Below, piece after piece: positions 10,933 to 24,063 of a stretch of 64,000 nt of DNA. The notes beneath the pieces are model-generated. The model had not been told where the DNA came from and did no database searches. It was given only the letters and a program-made list of their open reading frames with translations. Source of the DNA: Stegostoma tigrinum (taxonomy: Eukaryota); contig NC_081396.1 of the NCBI RefSeq assembly GCF_030684315.1, positions 1,860,001 through 1,924,000 on the forward strand, given 5' to 3'. Both the position numbers and the translations under genes were made by a program. How positions within the stretch are numbered: position 1 is the first letter of the stretch; each line of letters starts with the position of its first letter.

Positions 10933-13399
10933 GGTGCAGTCGTCAAACATCTGCAGGCTGGACAAAATTCTGTCCGAGATCCCTGTTCAAATCTGTTCCA
11001 AGCAAAGACTAACAGTGACTGATGCAGCGATCTCAAGTTTCACAAGAAATAGTAAGTGTGTCAGTGTGAGAGCAGCAAACAGCAGCTGAGGGCGGAAGTT
11101 CCGCATACACCACTCTGAGTGAACTTGCTCCTCGAATGAGAACAGAAATTGTGATCAACCATTCTGCTGAATTCTGACGTCATTGATGTCGAGACATTGG
11201 TTACAATTCTGCTGCCTGAGCAACAGAATCACCGAGGAATAAATAGATTGGGAGGGTATAAATAATCAAGAATTCCATAAAATAGACTGAAACTATTATG
11301 TCAATTGTGCTAATGCATGCTTTGTGAAACATCAGTGTGATTTGTTACTTTGCCAAATCACTTTCTGCATTCTGTAGCTACACAAGTGTTATTCATTTCT
11401 GAGTATCTTGTGAATAATATTCTGAAAGTTAACGTTGAATCTACTTCTACTTAAAATGGGAAATCCTATATTATAACAAGATTTAATGTGTAAGATACTG
11501 TATATTTCGCTTTTTATTTTGTCAATTCTCCTGATTTCTTTCCTTCAGTTGCCGAACTCCATATATGTGAAAATAATTGGTTATGATTGATTCCATCTGG
11601 CCAGCATTTCGGGCGCAGCAACTCAGTAATTTTTCTTTAAACATAATTCGGCACGACGATAACGATATTGCCTGATCTAAAAATCATATGATTCATGTGT
11701 CTTATCATCTCTTCTTTCCCCAACTCAGTAAATCCCGTTTAACACACGCTGTCTGAGTTCTGGGCAGACCTTCAAAGCCAGATTCAAATTCCTTTCCCCT
11801 CCTTCTCATTTACTCCATCCCTCCCTCCCCTGTGCCTGTATTCACTTTCCCAGCTGCTGTCTGCATATTGTGAAACAAATGAATGAGAGCAATCTGGTGT
11901 TATGGGCCTCCATATAGTCATTGTCATGAAGAAAACAAAATACAAACCTAACCATTAAGCACCCCTGCTGCCGTAATGATGAATTTGAACTTTCACCACC
12001 ATTGCCTGAATTTGGTTCTTGTTCAGGAAGTGAGGATTTATTCTTCTTTACAATATCTTAAAGTGATTTCCTGTCTTTGAAAACATCAAAGATAGAGTAG
12101 CTCTGCAAAAATCAGGAAAAGCTTCATATTACAGATGAAGTCATCGCACTGAGCCAGGAGGAAGCAAGCAGAAGTGAGTTAAAGAAAAACTTTCTACCTG
12201 TTCAGAAGAACGAACTTGCATTCAGAAGGCTTTTTGTTTATTTTCTATTCAGTCTTTAAAATGAAATTCCACTCAAAAGTACGAGTTTGTTAAAATGTGC
12301 ATTGGTACCTTTTAACAGCTGAAAAGTGAAATAATAAGACGTGCAGTGAGAAATGTTTCGGAAGCAACAGATACACAGAGAGTAACAATGTCCACGATTT
12401 GGTTAAGACCGTGTACCCTTTGCGCACACAAATTTCTGAACTGTGCAGAACGATCTGAAACGCGAAAACGAATTTAATTTTATGCCTTTGTCAACTCTGG
12501 GTGATTCTTCTGGTCGGCGTTTAAAGCCAGTGACAGAAACTAACAAATGTGACAAGATAGGACATGATCACTGAGACCTAAACAGAGTGTCTTAATCATG
12601 CAAACGCTATGCTGTCTTGGAAAATTGTGCAAACGTTATTTCTTCACTTTACGATGGAAAGCATTTCACAGGCTTGAGCAAGAACATTATTAACAACTGT
12701 TTCAGATAACGACAGAAGTGAGTGAGGTTTCAAGACGATGTTCCAATGTTCGCCGTTATTACAAATAGATGGTTGGAAATGAATGGCATTCAAAATAAGG
12801 ATGAGAGTGTTGTTTAACTAAGTTAGTTGAATCGGATTTTTTGAAAGTCTGAGTCAATATATTTCATTGGGCAGCACTATTGATGATGTTTACATGTGCT
12901 TGAGTCAGTTATTTCACGTCGTTCTCCACGTGAGACTGGTATAAAATGTATGAGCCCATGTGATCCAAGGAAACTTAGAAAAGTGTATAAAAATTGACTA
13001 GTAATTCGAAGGCAAAAGTGGGATGTTGGAGGTATATTCTTGTGATTGGTATCCTGGAATGTGCGGCGATTGAAGTAGGGACAATTGCGCTGTAATAAAT
13101 TGAATGTGAACACGGAAGGTATTAAGCTTGCAGGTGACCCGAAAGGTAGTGTTTTGGACAGAGAGGACAAGGTCTCAGTCTAAAGCTTGATACTCATCAA
13201 CTGGGTGGAGTAATAACACATAGAATTTGATCCTGACACAGATATATAGGTATATCAATGTTTATATATCGAGAGATCTCTGCTGCAAAGAACTGCACAT
13301 ATTCAAAAGTCTAAAAGAAACGAAATTCCTCCACCTCTCTGTCATAAATTTGCGACCTTATACTTTATGTAGTGCTGCATCCAGTATTTAGTATTAACT

Positions 13400-15640
13400 G
13401 TCTACTCCAGAACAGGGGAACATGCCTTGGCCTTTTACAGGGAGTCGACCTGTTTTCTGAATTTGCATTCAAGCCTGCTGACAAAGTTGGTGCTCATACT
13501 TTTTTCTTTTTTTTTCTGGTCGACTAACCTCTACATTGCACAGACCAAACACTTGGTCTCAGTGCTTTCTCCTTTTCCCTCGAGGAAGATGTTCTGGCAA
13601 TGCAAAATCATGCTACTGACACTAATTTCATTTCATCTGATGACATTCCCACCACTGCTTCCAGAATTATACTATCCCAACCAAATGCAGCTCGTTTCTA
13701 CCTACTCAATAAAATTCTCAAGCAGACTGCCTGGGACGGCCTTTCGTTTCTGCCTGCTCCTGCCCGACAGAAGGTATTTCTTCCTACTTGGGCTCGTTTT
13801 TTCTCTCCCCTTGTCCAGTGCCTTCCCAACTACATCTTCCATTCCTTCAATGTTTTATGCCAATCCAGAATTTCCAGTGAGCGATGTCCAACCATCAGCT
13901 GTCACCCTCCTCTGCTTGGCGCAACTGGACATCAATTTTGACCAACTTCTGTTTGAAATTCTCTGACTTTCTTCAGGTAAAATACATGGCCATACGTACA
14001 CGCATGGGGCTATTGTATGCCAGTCTCTTTGCGGGTTACGTGGAAAAATTCTCGCTACTGTCTTAATCATCTGCCACCCACAGCTCTTCCTCTGATATGT
14101 CGATAATGTCATCACTGCTGCCTCCCTTAATCATCCAAATTTGGAAAAGTTTTATCAATTTCCTTCCTATTTCAACTCCACTCTCACATTCAACGAGGTG
14201 ATATCATACACCTCGCTTTCCTTCCTGCAAATCTCTGTTTCCATTTTTGGAGATAGCTTGCCTTCAGACATTCATGACAAACCAATCAACATCCAGAGTG
14301 CCTTGACTCTACGTCCTCACAACCTACTTCCTGAAAAAAAATTCTAATCCATTCTCCCAGTCTCTGTTTCATTTGATCTAAACAAAAAATGACTACCTCA
14401 ATAATAAAGCCTACAAAGTATCCATTTCATCTTCACAAAGAAAAGATTTCCTTGCACCAGACTTGGCAGGGTAGGCAGTTGGCTCTAAGCAAACTCTGAC
14501 ATTTCAGCTCCTGCACCCTTGGTCCACTCCCGCAAAAGCAAAAGTGTTACCCATTTTCCTTACCGACTATCCAACCAGCATCCACATTCTGAGCAATACT
14601 GGTGTTATTTCCACCACATCCAGAGGGATGGCTCCGCTGGAGACATTTACTATTCCGCTCGATTGTCAGCATTCTCCAAGAACAGTTTCACGTTGAGCAC
14701 AACGTCGAGTTCTCCTTCGTTGAAATCACTTACCACAGCCCCACTGCGCCATCCCATGCAACTACATCAGGTGTAATATCTGCCCGTTTACTTCCTAATT
14801 TAACAATATCCAAGGGCCAACACAGACCTTCCAGGGTGAAGCAGCATTTTGCCTGTATTTCGCTGAAACAGTCGACTGCATTCGCTCTCCTCTATATTGC
14901 GGAGGCGAAGTGTAGACTTAGAGACTACTTCACAATATATCGACGTTCTCTCCACAAAATGAAACCTTGTCTGCCACTTCAATCTTGCTCCCCGGATAAC
15001 ATTTCTGTCTCAGGCTTGCGGCAGTGCTCCAGTAATGCTCAATGCAAACTGTGAATGTGTTTGCTGTTTGAGAACTCGGCAGCTTTGTGGACTCAATACC
15101 TACTGAAACATTTTTTGGGCTTCAGTTCCTTCCTCACACTTTCCATCAACCCCACACCTTAGGCCTTGTTATCAATGAAGGAAAGAATCATCCATCGCAG
15201 AAACAAGCACTTTGATTTGACTCATCCACGTTGTACGTAATCCCAAGGTAAACTCGTCACATCTCCCATCTACCTGCTCCTAGCCTGTAAGCCTCCTCGT
15301 TAATTTATTTTTCTATGTGCCTTTAAAACGGCATAATTTTGCCCATATCACTCACCATCTATCACTTACGCTATCACTAATCATTCTAAATAGCATCTAA
15401 TTATTTTCAAATGTTGACAGTTGTCCATTCATTTTTAGTCCAACTGGTTTTGCCTCTCTTTGGTATCCATGTTGGAATTTAGATTATTCATAAATTCTGC
15501 ACTAAACCAATTAAATCCTCGCTAATATCAGTTTTGAGGAAGCGACACTGAAGCCAAAGCACTAATTCTGACTTTTCTTCAGAGATACTTCGAGATCTGC
15601 TGTGTTTTTTCCAGAAATTTCAGTTTTAGTTGCAGAGGAA
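13400..15640 (+). mobile_element. Decayed Penelope-like retroelement (RT and GIY-YIG)
   Basis: MAIRTRMGLLYASLFAGYVE, YVDN (YxDD relic), SLSFLQISVSI...DIHDKP, VKQHFAC...LLYIAEAKCRLRDYF. Confidence 0.75.
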
Positions 15641-15835
15641 GATGAGATTTAGTTTCAATCCTGTGTGACGCTTTCATACTGAATACAAAACCATCAGCAA
15701 TTACGACACAGCTGCACTGCTTTCACTGTTAGGATTTTCCAGTCATGCTAACGGTTCTTGCAAGAAAAGCAAATTGCCCTTCTCTGGCCAGAAATCACAC
15801 TGAGTTTGCTGTACTGAAATTCATGAAACCTTCAG

Positions 15836-16135
15836 GGGCAGCATGGTGGCTCAGTGGTTAGAAAAGCTGCCTCACATCACCAGGAACCCAGGATCGATTC
15901 CATCCTCAGGCGACTGTATGTGTGGTTTGCTCATTCTCCTCAAGTCTGGGTGGGTTTCCTCCCACAGTCTAAAGATGTGCAGACTAGGTGGAACGGCCAT
16001 GTTGAATTGCCCGTAGTGTTCAGGGGTGTGTGGGTTAGAGGGGGATAGGTCTGGCTGGGATGTTTCAAGGGAGAGTGTGGGCTTGTTGGGCCGAAGGGCC
16101 TGTTTCCATCCTGGAGGGAATCTAATCTAATCTAT
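15836..16135 (+). mobile_element. HE1-like tRNA-derived shark SINE
   Basis: tRNA-like head GGTGGCTCAGTGGTTAG...GATCGATTCC, central domain, GGGCCGAAGGGCCTGTTTCC tail and (ATCTA)n; absent at the homologous site near 1240. Confidence 0.8.
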
Positions 16136-17988
16136 CTACGAGACCCCCTTGGAAGACACCTCACAAGTTTTCATACCTTCCAAATAACACAGCTTTTGAC
16201 CACTTTATCTCAATTCTTATTTTCACTGGAGATAGGTTTCTCCTCCAGACTAATTTTGTTGTCATGTTTTTACAGCACGGATAGGCCCTTCATACCAACT
16301 TTTCAGTGCCAACCATCAGCTTCCATCTATTTTAATCTCAATTTCCAGCATTTTTCCACATAGCCTTGTGTGCTCTGAATTTTACAATGCTCATCAAAGT
16401 AGTTATAGGTGCAGTAGGTTTTCACTGGGACATAAAATCCACACGTTCCCTTCGAAGAGAGTCCTGAAAGCCGAAATTCATCCAGTGAGCAGTTTCTCAC
16501 TTTCAGTGTCAGTATCTCTTACATCACTTCCCTGCAAAGCACTCGAGGCTTTCCATTCTAAATTCAGTAATAGAAGGAGACACAATAGAAAAGAATAGAC
16601 TTTAGTGCCACGCGAATAAATTCAGAAAAAATGCTTGTAACGTCACCACTGTGGCACCATCGTAGGTAGAGGATCCTAGATGCAGATACATAGGTGTTTG
16701 TTACAGAATTGAACTAGTATGCAAAAATCGAGCAGAGGAAACAAAAAAATGAATAGTATCCAAAATAATCAAAGTCCTGACAAAGAAATAAAAGAATCTT
16801 CAAAATCAAATCAAATTATAGCTTTTTAGTCTCTGTCCATGCCAGGCAGCGTTCAGGCTTGGAGTCTTGCTGCCTTCTTGAGCTAGCCTCCAGCCAAAAA
16901 TCCACAACTAGGACTCATTTATTTCGGTTGGATTCGGTGTGGACTCCTGCTGGCGACAGTTTCCAGTGCACGATTTTGCAACCAGGACTCACCTCCCAAG
17001 TTGCCTTCCGGACTGCTCCAGGCACACACTGTCAGATGCACCGACCTCCGACCCTCGAATCGCCTCCAGAACTCGTCTGTCTGGCTGACAGCGCTGAGAA
17101 TCTCTCCCGTGCCTCGCAGCGACCGTTGACTTGTCATTGGAACTAATGTCTCGTGCTGGCCTGGCATCGGACTGCCTCCTGCACCAGGCTCTGCCTGCGA
17201 CCACCTCCAGTACACTATGCCCGCACTGGCACGGTCTCTGATTCATCTTCCACGTTGGTCTGGACTGAGTTTCACTTCCTCCTTTCTGCAATCCTATCGG
17301 ATAAGTCTTAAATGTTAAAAGTTGATGGGAGATAGGGGAAGAAAAATTGTTTAAAGAGGAGAGGAAAGAAAGAAAAATGTGAACGTACTGGTGAAGCAGT
17401 GGAGTTCAGGCTGGAGCGACCTCCTGTGTTGCCACCTTGCACTGAAATCACCTGTTGCACCAGATATGCTTCCTCGTTGCTTCCAATGATTCTGACAGTT
17501 GACTGTGCTTTCCATCCATAGGTATAGCCAGACTTGATGAGTTTCTACAGCGATTTCTGCTTTGTTACAGATTCACAAAACACCCGTTCTTTGTTTTACT
17601 TGAACCTTGCTTGGTGTTGTTTATCAAAAGTGTGAAACACGTGCTATTTTTGTGTGTTTTCTATAAAGTTGATTTCTTTTCCCCCAGAATTCATGCCGTC
17701 ATGAAAATTGGGAAGGCCTGCAACAGCAATGTCCAGGCAGTGAAAGATACTAAGTTTCACAAATGACCCGGATGCTGTTAAAGTTCATCAAGAAAAAGAA
17801 TGGAGCAAGTTATTGTGTGCAATTGTCATTGATTGGAGCTTAACTGCCATTGGTTGTGACAGAGCAGTAAATCCTGTTCCTGAAAAACTCCACTCAAATT
17901 CTCAATAAGCGATGTCTGACTCTGAAATGCGTAAAACACATACAAAGCATTCAAGCTTATTTTTGTACTATACTCCCAGCCGAACATC

Positions 17989-18466
17989 ATGTGCTCCTGG
18001 TGTTTTTCCAAATATTACCCACCTTCTGTCTGCTGGGTCGGTGGTAAAATAGTTAGAATACCATTCAGGAATTAGATGTTCTGTGCGAGTTTCTGATATT
18101 TCTGAATTTGTGGTACAGGAGTGGCTGGCCCGAACCGGTGTCTCAGGATCCATCGGAATTTGTGATTCTGGAAACTCAGAGCGTGATAATTGCTGTCAAT
18201 ACACACAGCTTTTCTTCCTGTGGTACTGTTCTGGTATACTCAGCAGCCCGGGAAACCTCTAAGACACTGCCTGAAGATGTATGTCACTGGATTTGAAGAG
18301 AAGTCTTCAGATGTAGCAAATAGGTTTTCTGCTGATGTAAACAAACAAGAAAGACAAAACAGTTCCTGTATGTAGCATCAGGATCCTTCGGTCTGAATGA
18401 GTGTTGCAATTCTGTGACATGAAGCACACTTTAATGCATAGATTTGTTAATCAGATCTCAACACAT
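17989..18466 (+). pseudogene. TCR V pseudogene family B
   Basis: Frameshifted EPVSQDPSEFVILETQSV / LFWYTQQPGKPL...VANRFSADVNKQ / FCDMK; degenerate heptamer near 18425. Confidence 0.8.
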
Positions 18467-19394
18467 TCCTCCAGCCTCCACCCCAAAAATCCGAGAGTTC
18501 CATCAGGGTGCAGCAGAGGATCCACTCACACTAAAAAGCAGAAGTAATAATTTCAGATCCGCGGAGGCCTTCTGCAAAAAATACGTAGAATCCTGACAGC
18601 GTGGAATCAGGTCATTCAGTCCATTGAGATCTCACCAACCGTCTCAACAGTATCCACTAAAATGTACCCTATCCCGATCTTTTCCAGCCGAAAAAAGACA
18701 GCCTCTGTGTCCCCAGACACTATGTGGAATTTTGCATTCACATTCCACCTAACGTGCACATTTTTGGACTTTGGAAAGAACGTGTAGTACCCATAGGAAA
18801 ACATGAGAATGGCCAACTCCACACAGACGGCCACCCCGTCTGGAACCATACATGGCCTTTTAGTGCTGTGAGGGAGCATTGTGTTACAGTACCACCCAAA
18901 AGCACATCGACTAATGCAAACAACGAGGACATTTGATGCTTTCTGATGGTCTAATATTATTTTATTCCAACTCATATGTTCACTGAAACGAGTAGTTGTA
19001 AATTTATTCATAGAATAAGAACTATAGATTCCCTACAGTGTTCAACCTGGTCATTCCGTCCATCACATCCTCATCGCCCCTCCAAAAAGCATCATACCAA
19101 TGAACAATGCCATCACATCCACCCTGGACTTTACAGGGTCAGTCAACCTGTCCTCCGAATCCCAAGCCGTTGCAGGGCAATATGGCATCACCAATCCACC
19201 TAACCTGCACATCATTGGACTACAGGAGGAAACTGGCACAACTGAAGGAAACCCATGCTTACAAAGGCAGAATTACTAAACAGCAGATTAGATCACTATT
19301 ATTGTACTCTGGAGCACTTTCTCTGCATTAGTGCAATATTGATCAATCTTTGCACATTTCCACGGTCAGTTTCATGGAACGTTGCACAATGATC

Positions 19395-19703
19395 TGTTTA
19401 CTCATGGGAGTGTGTTGCTAATTCATCCACAGTGGGCGCATTATGATTATATTTCTCAAAGGATTGACACTAATCTTGAAAACATAGACCATCCGAACGT
19501 CAGTTGCCCTTCAGGATTTTGGTTCAACACGAGCAAGTGTTCTGTTCGCAGGACGAGTCCCGGACAATCATTCTCAGCTCCCACCAAACGGACCTTGATA
19601 CATTGCGAGTGGACAATCTGCACTGGCTGTCGTCTCTTCAGGATGTCAGCTCCATTTTGTGCTTCAGGTTCACAAATGCTGTCCCTTTCACAGCCGTGTG
19701 TCT
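19395..19703 (-). pseudogene. Highly decayed V relic family D, head-to-head with V-A copy 2
   Basis: Acceptor ttggcAG; QCRLSTRNVSRSVWW; ends VYVFKIS...IMRP then CACTGTG; GTAAAT donor ~100 nt upstream. Confidence 0.45.
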
Positions 19704-20036
19704 CTGCCAAATTTGACAAGAATCAACTTGTGTGTTTCTGGTGGGAAGTCAATCAAAGCCAAATCTATCAAAAAAGTCTGTCTGAATAGTCACTGTGTAG
19801 AATTTACCTGATTGGCATTGTTGGTTTGAGTTACATATTTCAGATTAAGGAACGGACTGTCAGCTTTATTAAATCCTAGCCAGCCTATATTTATCCTTTT
19901 TGTTCTGAGAACACCAGAATGTGGGTTTCATGTCAGAGACAACGAATTTTGAAACAAAAGTGAAACACAAACAATCATACGTTGTTAGCAACTGCGGGTT
20001 TTGAAGGCAGCAATAGAAGACATTCTCAGCCAATGA

Positions 20037-20068
20037 TCTCTCTCTCTCTCTCTCTCTCCCTCTCTCTC
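20037..20068 (+). repeat. (CT)n microsatellite in the V-A copy 2 promoter
   Basis: Visible TC dinucleotide run. Confidence 0.9.
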
Positions 20069-20114
20069 AATTAATTGATACTTTGCAGATTCGTGTGACA
20101 CAAGCAGAGCAACA

Positions 20115-20163
20115 ATGATGCAGTTCTCCCTGTTCTCGCTGTTCTTGGTGACATTTGTTGGCT
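20115..20163 (+). CDS. Leader exon of intact TCR V gene, family A copy 2
   Basis: MMQFSLFSLFLVTFVG plus 1 nt, GTAAG donor, in frame with exon at 20931. Confidence 0.9.
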
Positions 20164-20930
20164 GTAAGAAGTTTTACACTGAATGGAAGAGTCGAATTTC
20201 TCTATTACTAAGTGTGAACCAAACGAGTATTCTTTTCAAAATGTATTAGCCATTGGTTGTATTTCACGTGCGCTATTGTGAACCGATTTGCACGACATCT
20301 TGCAAGAAGAAGAGGAAGAAAGGGACAGCAAGCGTAAAAAGAGCAATTAGAGTGACGACCCTACGATTAAGATTGAATCTCTTTCAGAAAGTATGATCCA
20401 TCCTGTGACAGCTCACAAGAGTCAGAATAATGATCCAAAAGAAAACTTAAGGGAATCCAGTTTTAGAACATGGAACTCAGTGGCTCAATGGGTGTGTGAA
20501 TCAGACCAAAGTCATAAATGGGATGTGAGCTGAGCAGATGATGAAGACATCAAAAGATTTATATGTGGCGAAAATTAGAACACGGGGTTACATGCATTCT
20601 ATTGTGGAATTGCTAAAACGTACGTTGGCCTGGTTTTCTGAATTAGTTATTTGTTCAAAGCGAAACAAAAAAAATGCTAGGAAAACTCCACACGGTCTAT
20701 TAACATTGTGGACAGCAACAGAATTAAAGCAAATTGCCGTCCTATAAGCTATCCTCAGAACAGAGTTTGCTGGCAAACAGAGTTGTTTGTGTGATTTTTT
20801 TTTCATTTTCATGTTCACATTCCTGTCTCATTTCATGTTGCAGCTAATATGAGGTTTTCTAACTGTTGGTTCAAACTTTTACCTGAACCTTTCATCAATT
20901 ATCACTGCTATTTCTACCCTTGTCTTCCAG

Positions 20931-21234
20931 ATCTTAACCATGGATTTTCCGTTACACAGCGGAAGCCCTCACTCATGCAAACGGAGGGAGAAAATGTCAA
21001 TTTAAACTGCACGTACAACGTTTATATGTATGACTTATTCTGGTACCGCCAGTACCCTGGCAGAAAGCCCGAATTCGCAGTCCGGACTTCCGAGAGTAGT
21101 GGTGCTGAATTTAAGGCGGATTTTGCACAGAAGCGATTTTCTAGTACAGTACAGCAGTCGTACAAGTCGTATCGATTGACGATCTCGAAGCTGCTGCTGT
21201 CTGACACCGCTCTCTATTACTGTGCTGCGAGCCT
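20931..21234 (+). CDS. TCR alpha/delta-type V exon, family A copy 2 (intact ORF)
   Basis: Acceptor cttccAG; LNHGFSVTQRKPS...LNCTYNVYMYDLFWYRQYPGRKPEFAV...SDTALYYCAAS. Confidence 0.93.
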
Positions 21235-21273
21235 CACAGTAATGGGAACGAGCTACAGACTCGTACAGTAACT
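21235..21273 (+). other. Recombination signal sequence, 23-bp spacer
   Basis: CACAGTA + 23 nt + ACAGTAACT. Confidence 0.92.
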
Positions 21274-22217
21274 GCTCAACGGCTTCTGGGTCACAGGTGT
21301 TACCCGTTGAAGGCCGTTTATAACTGGGTTTCACAAAACGGACGTTTCTTTACAAAGCTGTACAATGAAAACTTCGAGTATAATTCATACACAGATCATT
21401 TAAAATTGATCACATGAATTACTAATTTTGACCTTCACACTGATAATGTATATGAACAAACACCTATAGTTTATTTGGGGAACTCCGTGAATTTACAACT
21501 GCCAGAAAGAAAACAAATGCTTCATTGGGAATGAGATGTGTCCTCGCACAGCAGTTTGATAAAAATAAAACCTCTCTGCAAAGGAACAAATAGTTCTTAA
21601 AATCAATTTACAATAGGCAGTGAAGCCTGCCCAGTGAAAGTTCTATTCATCCTCATACACTCCTTGCAGGTCTCTCATCGTGAAAATAGCTTACACATAT
21701 TAATTCCAAGTATAGATACTATTATCACGAGAAACAAAAATGTAGCATGATAGAGCAAGTAGGTAATCAACAGAGATTAATGCAGATGTGATCGGTGATA
21801 CAGGCCTGAGGGCCTCTAGATTCTCGAATGGTTACCAGATGACCAGAAACTAGGCCGACGTCAAAAGCCGAACTGAAAACATATCAGAACGATTGAAGGA
21901 ATTGTTCTTGGAAATCTACATGAACCAGATAAGGCTGTTCGTGTTGCCGTCATTATAGAATGCTTCTCGCATGGATCTGTAGCTGTTGCTTTGTACAACC
22001 TCTTTACTGGGTAAAACACAACGTCAGATACCACAGAATCGACAGTAATCGGATAGCAATGCCTTTATTCTGTACAATGTACATTCTCTAAACACATATT
22101 TGTAACTTTTCATAATGTTTTAAAGTAAGTGAGAAGACGAAATCTTGCCAATACTGCACTTGCGCCTCTCTTTGGTAATTACTTTGGTTTATCTGAATTT
22201 AGCTCATACTGTTCTAA

Positions 22218-22771
22218 TTTTATTTTCGGGGTGTCTTATGGTTCCAATTCAATGTTTCTGTCAGCCTGCAGTAATGCACCGCGTTGTCAGACAGCTACAA
22301 CTCATCAATGGTGAAATTTCCCGAAGTTTTCCAAGCCTCCACAGATGCAGGAAATCCATTTTCTGTGATGACCTTTCCGTATTTAGGGATGTAGATCAAG
22401 AATATCGAAGTTTGACCCAAGTGCTGACAGTCCAGTTGCAAACTAAATGAATTGTCTCTGGTTGAACAGCTGAAATGAATGGTGAATGCATTTTATTCCC
22501 TCTCTATCACTTTGACTGGCTCTTGTGAGACCGCGACTGCACACCTAACACCTGCAGGAAATTTAAAAGACAATGAGTTCAAAAGAATAATTATAATCCA
22601 TGTTACCAACTGTGGTGTTTATATTTTAATCCGGAGCACCACAGGCAAAAAAGAAAAAAAGAAACGTTTTCTCTCACCATATTGCATGCAAGTGAACATT
22701 TTGAGACTCAGAAACTTACCTGAAAAGAAACATAGAACATTTAGAAATGAGTAGATGGTAACAGCTGGCAT
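22218..22771 (-). pseudogene. TCR V pseudogene family E, copy 2
   Basis: Leader MPAVTIYSFLNVLCFFS with GTAAG; exon from 22551 GVRCAVAVSQEPVKVIERE*...FLIYIP...GNFTIDEL*LSDNAVHYCRL; two stops; degenerate 23-RSS. Confidence 0.88.
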
Positions 22772-23614
22772 GTTTAGAAAGTGAATGGTGTATTTAAAGA
22801 GAGGTAGTTAAAGATGAATAGGCTCAGTTGACGGCTGACGTTGTCGTTAGGCTGAATTGCTCAGTTTTGGGATGATGTTGAGCCATATTTGTTTGTTTCT
22901 AGCAGCGACAAAATGCAACACCCAATCAGCTCACAATGACTCTGTTCTGAAGTCAATGACTTTAGAGCACTCGTCTCAGAAACACAGACTCCGCGGTTCA
23001 GAAAGACATTTGGCCTGTTAAATCTAGTCTAACATTAAATGGGACACATTGTAATTTTTGATGCAACCAATTTTCTGTATGGCCTTTGAATCCCCTTCCC
23101 CTTAGGATCACAAATCCGCAGACATGGTCTGAAATGAACTGAAAATTACTGCCGTCTGTGCTAGAACTGAATGACAAAATGGGAATTCATGCCAATACAG
23201 GTTCATAGAAGCGTCAGAATCAAATCGACTTTGGCCAGTGATAGGAATCGATGACCCGTTTTGTCGTTTAGTTGTCAGAGACTGCGTGAAAAGAGTTGTA
23301 TAAAAAAAAAATAGACATTAGGTAAGCATTCTATACAGAATGCAACTCAGAAGAAAAAATCTTATGCAAAGCTGTTACAGAGATAGTAGGAACTGCCGAT
23401 GCTGGAGAATCTGAGATAAATTCATCTTCAGAAGAAGGGTCTCGACGCCAAACGTCCATCTTTCGTGATCCCCCGATGCTGCTTGACCTGCTGTGTTCAT
23501 CCAGCTTCACACCGTGTTATCGCTGATGAAAAGCTGCCCTAACTTTTGACAATATGAATACTTCACAATAGGGAATACGGATCCGAACCAGTGAGGTGGT
23601 GTGCTAAGACTTTC

Positions 23615-24063
23615 TTTTTTTTAACGGACTGACTGTGCCTCTATCATGGTGTGGGCATCAATGCGTGGTAATACGTGGCAATGCCAATGTCAAGAGCACC
23701 AGTGGCTTTTTTTTAATGGAGTAATTTTTCCTGTCTTGTTCCAATTGAAAGGAAAACTGGCCAGATAAACCTCGAAACGTAATTCCCTTCCCCTTGCCGA
23801 AACTTTTCAGCAGAAATAACCCATGATACAGGATTTACTAGCGAGCCCTCTGCACATTTTTGAATTGCGAAGTTTCAATGTTGTGTACTGTCCATCATGA
23901 ATCTTGGGAAACTGAAACTTGGCGACTCGTTCCTGTCACAAACATTGCAATGTGTAAACAAAATGTGTGTGTCAAAAAAAACAATGAAACACAATGACTG
24001 ATTCAGCTCACACTCACTGGGCAGCATGACCCTTGTTACCTGGAACCCATTCGTTGAAAATAT
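23615..24063 (-). pseudogene. TCR V pseudogene family F, copy 2
   Basis: 46-nt leader with GTGAGT donor; QVSVSQD / FLLKS...SGQFSFQLEQDRKNYS / ATYYHALMP; CACACCA + 23 nt + TAAAAAAAA. Confidence 0.7.

Noticed and set aside
13427-13966. 179-aa ORF as a host gene
   Set aside because: Lies within a decayed Penelope RT region; incidental frame
15836-15910. tRNA gene
   Set aside because: tRNA-like head continues into a SINE body and tail
21700-22080. Possible minus-strand V relic (homologue ~41560-41900)
   Set aside because: Only scattered hints (LIWF, TATDPC); no leader or RSS identified
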